From assembly GCA_016180085.1 (NCBI GenBank), contig JACPBX010000030.1, forward strand, positions 1-18,270: 18,270 nucleotides of DNA, in the 5' to 3' direction. Of this stretch, positions 16,313 to 18,270 are shown piece after piece. Below the pieces are notes generated by a model that did not search any database, was not told the origin of the DNA, and worked only from the letters and a program-made list of their open reading frames with translations. Every line of letters starts with the position of its first letter. Position 1 is the first letter of the stretch. The position numbers and the translations under genes are program-made. This DNA comes from Candidatus Woesearchaeota archaeon. Lineage in GTDB: Archaea > Nanobdellota > Nanobdellia > Woesearchaeales > UBA10216.

Positions 16313-17586
16313 CTACTTCAGCCTCAGCGATTGCTTAAACTTTTTGAAGTTTTCACTGTCCTGTATCTTCTGCTGAAGCTCCTTATCAACAATGCCAGGC
16401 TCAGTCATTGTCTTTGCATCCAGGATTTTCCTCAAATCCTTTTCTTCGAGTATTTTGCCTTCCAGAATCACTTGAGGCAGCGGCTTGTTGTCGCGGAGCG
16501 CTATCTTGACAACCTCAGCTGCAACCTCATACCCTATGTAAGGGTTCAGTGCAGTGACCAGGCTTAAGCCCTTTTCCAAAAGCTGCTGCGACCTCCCGGC
16601 GTCAACAGACAGTCCCCTTACGCAGAACTCATCCAGCATTCCAAGCGTATTGGCCATGAGCCTTATCGACCACAACAAGTCAAAGGCAATCAGGGGAGTC
16701 ATTACGTTGAGTTCCATCTGCCCGGACTTTGCAGCTTCGGCAACAGCATAATCATTCCCCAGCACCTGGTAGCAGACCATTATTGCACACTCGGGCACAG
16801 AAGGGTTGACCTTGCCCGGCATTATGGAAGAGCCAGGCTCAACCTCCGGAAGCATAATCGCTGCTTGAACCGGGGATGCGTATTTATTCCTGTGCCCACT
16901 GCAGTACCCCCGATTCCGAGCTGCAGCAGTGAATCCTCAGCGGCCTTTATTCTTCTCGCACAATCGTCAAGGGCCTTTGCGTAGCTGTTGAACACCTGCC
17001 CAAACCTTATAGGGACAGCATCCTCAAGGTGCGTTCTTCCGGTCTTTACAATATCGTTGTATTGTTCTGCTTTTTTCCTGAATGCGGCAGCCAGCTTTCC
17101 GATTTCCGACAGCAGCGGCTGCAGCGAGAACAAAGTGGAAATCCTTATTGCCGTTGGGATTACGTCATTGGAAGACTGGGCCATGTTGACGTGGTTGTTC
17201 GGGTGAACAACAGAGTAGTCGCCCTTCCTGCCGCCCAGCTTTTCTATCGCTATGTTGGCTATTACCTCGTTGCAGTTCATGTTAAATGGGGTTCCTGCCC
17301 CTGCCTGGAACACGTCAAGCGGGAATTGCCCATCCCATTTCGCTTCCGCAACTTCTCCGGCAGCGGCAACAATGGCTTCGCCCACCCTTTTATCCAGAAG
17401 CCCCAATTCTGTGTTTACGGCGGCAGCCGCTTTCTTAATCAGGGCCAAAGCCTTTATGAAACTCCTTTCAGCCTTAATGCCAGAAATCCGGAAATTCCTC
17501 CTTGCCCGTTCAGTGAATATGCCGTAATAGGCATCAGCCGGCACATCCATACTGCCAAGGCTGTCCCGCTCGTTGCGAGTTTCCAT
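16313..17586 (-). pseudogene. aspA: Aspartate ammonia-lyase / class II fumarase family gene (AspA-like), disrupted by an internal deletion plus frameshift near 16856-16860
   Basis: The N-part (17586-16822) has RDSLG, QAGAGTPFNMNCNEVIAN, HPNNHVNMAQSSND, GRTHLEDAVP and GGTAVGTGIN. The C-part, in another frame (16855-16313), has GSSIMPGKVNP, GQMELNVM and LNPYIGYE. The conserved ~60-aa segment between them is absent. Confidence 0.85.
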
Positions 17587-17607
17587 GAAGACGGGGGTAG
17601 AATCAGC

Positions 17608-17615
17608 TTATTTAA
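17608..17615 (-). promoter_or_regulatory. Probable TATA box for aspA (leaderless)
   Basis: TTAAATAA on the - strand, ~22 nt upstream of ATG 17586. Confidence 0.45.
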
Positions 17616-17645
17616 TTGTTGCTGTTATTGTCATGGCAGCTTCCG

Positions 17646-18270
17646 CTAAACAACTCCAGCCAGCATCGATGCCCCGTAAGCCACGCTTATGACTCCGGTA
17701 ATTACAGTAACTGCTTTATAGACTGCGTCGCTTTTTGCTTTAAGCACAGGGTAGGAAAAGATGAGCGCAAAGGCAACCATGCCCAAAACAACTCCGAGGC
17801 TGAACACTGCGACTCCAAAAAGAATACCGGCCAGGGTTGCCAGGCCAAGCGACGCTGTGAGCAGTATCAGGAGCTCGTCATTGCTGGCAAGGCCGTGGAT
17901 TATGCCTATGCCGAACATGTGCCTGTGGATATGCCCAAGATGGTCCGGCTGGTCGTGGGAGTGGGCATGAACATGCTGCTTGCTGTCGTGCTTATGCGGA
18001 TGGCTGTGAACGCCATGCGGCTTAAGCAGGTCCTTCAGGCTGAACAGGCCGAGCGCTATGAGCATTACCCCCACAACTTTTTCAAAGTTAGCAAGGAATG
18101 CATTAAGCAAGGACTCCCTGAAAACGTAAAGTATTGTCGTGACCATGGCTGCGGTAATCATGTGGCCGAGCGCCCAGCTTGCACTCACCTTCACAGCTGA
18201 CTTGAGCGTATTGGCTTTTCTTAGAAAGTTGGCAACAGCTATTATGTGGTCTGCGTCATAGCTGTGCTTG
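17646..18270 (-). CDS. NiCoT/UreH/RcnA-type nickel/cobalt transporter, 5' end outside the window
   Basis: The frame stays open upstream of the ORF-track start to the window edge and reads KHSYDADHIIAV (NiCoT HAxDADH signature). It also has WALGH (FxxGH-like), a His-rich loop HGVHSHPHKHDSKQHVHAHSHDQPDH, and HGLASND. Confidence 0.85.
   Translation of the reverse strand, partial: KHSYDADHIIAVANFLRKANTLKSAVKVSASWALGHMITAAMVTTILYVFRESLLNAFLANFEKVVGVMLIALGLFSLKDLLKPHGVHSHPHKHDSKQHVHAHSHDQPDHLGHIHRHMFGIGIIHGLASNDELLILLTASLGLATLAGILFGVAVFSLGVVLGMVAFALIFSYPVLKAKSDAVYKAVTVITGVISVAYGASMLAGVV

Noticed and set aside
16822-16860. Programmed ribosomal frameshift or functional split gene in aspA
   Set aside because: There is no slippery heptamer at the junction, and a frameshift would not restore the missing conserved ~60 aa.
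17029-18200. + strand ORFs 17029-17649 and 17616-18200 (about 200 aa each)
   Set aside because: They are antisense to clearly recognisable aspA and NiCoT genes and have no recognisable motifs.
1-18270. CRISPR array, tRNA/rRNA, IS element or intein
   Set aside because: All intergenic gaps are about 120 nt or shorter and are accounted for by promoters or terminators. No spaced repeats, transposase motifs or intein-sized insertions were seen.

Overview
Gene-dense archaeal window. It has BRE/TATA promoters, an Nre repair protein, an archaeal-type AlaRS and a PGF-pre-PGF domain. A DPANN (Woesearchaeota-like) origin is my inference from the AlaRS N-terminus, its shortened C-terminus and the Asn/Thr-rich surface proteins. 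Gene order: 5'-truncated nreA; a ~1,940-aa secreted, sequon-rich multi-domain surface glycoprotein translationally coupled (ATGA) to a membrane-anchored PGF-pre-PGF protein; a THUMP protein with a histone-H1-like basic tail (-); a highly divergent aspartate-semialdehyde-dehydrogenase-family enzyme (+) overlapping alaS (-); a bacterial-type three-His-box fatty acid desaturase (+); a GT-C-like membrane protein (-); a membrane protein with a Q/P-rich tail (+); an aspartase/fumarase-family gene broken by an internal deletion plus frameshift (-); and a truncated NiCoT/UreH-type Ni/Co transporter (-). No rRNA, tRNA, CRISPR array, transposase or integrase was seen. The strongest leads are the desaturase in an archaeon, the SlaA/SlaB-like surface pair, the H1-tailed THUMP protein, the remodelled ASADH homologue and the aspA deletion. 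All family assignments come from motif recognition by eye and recalled reference sequences; no database searches were run.
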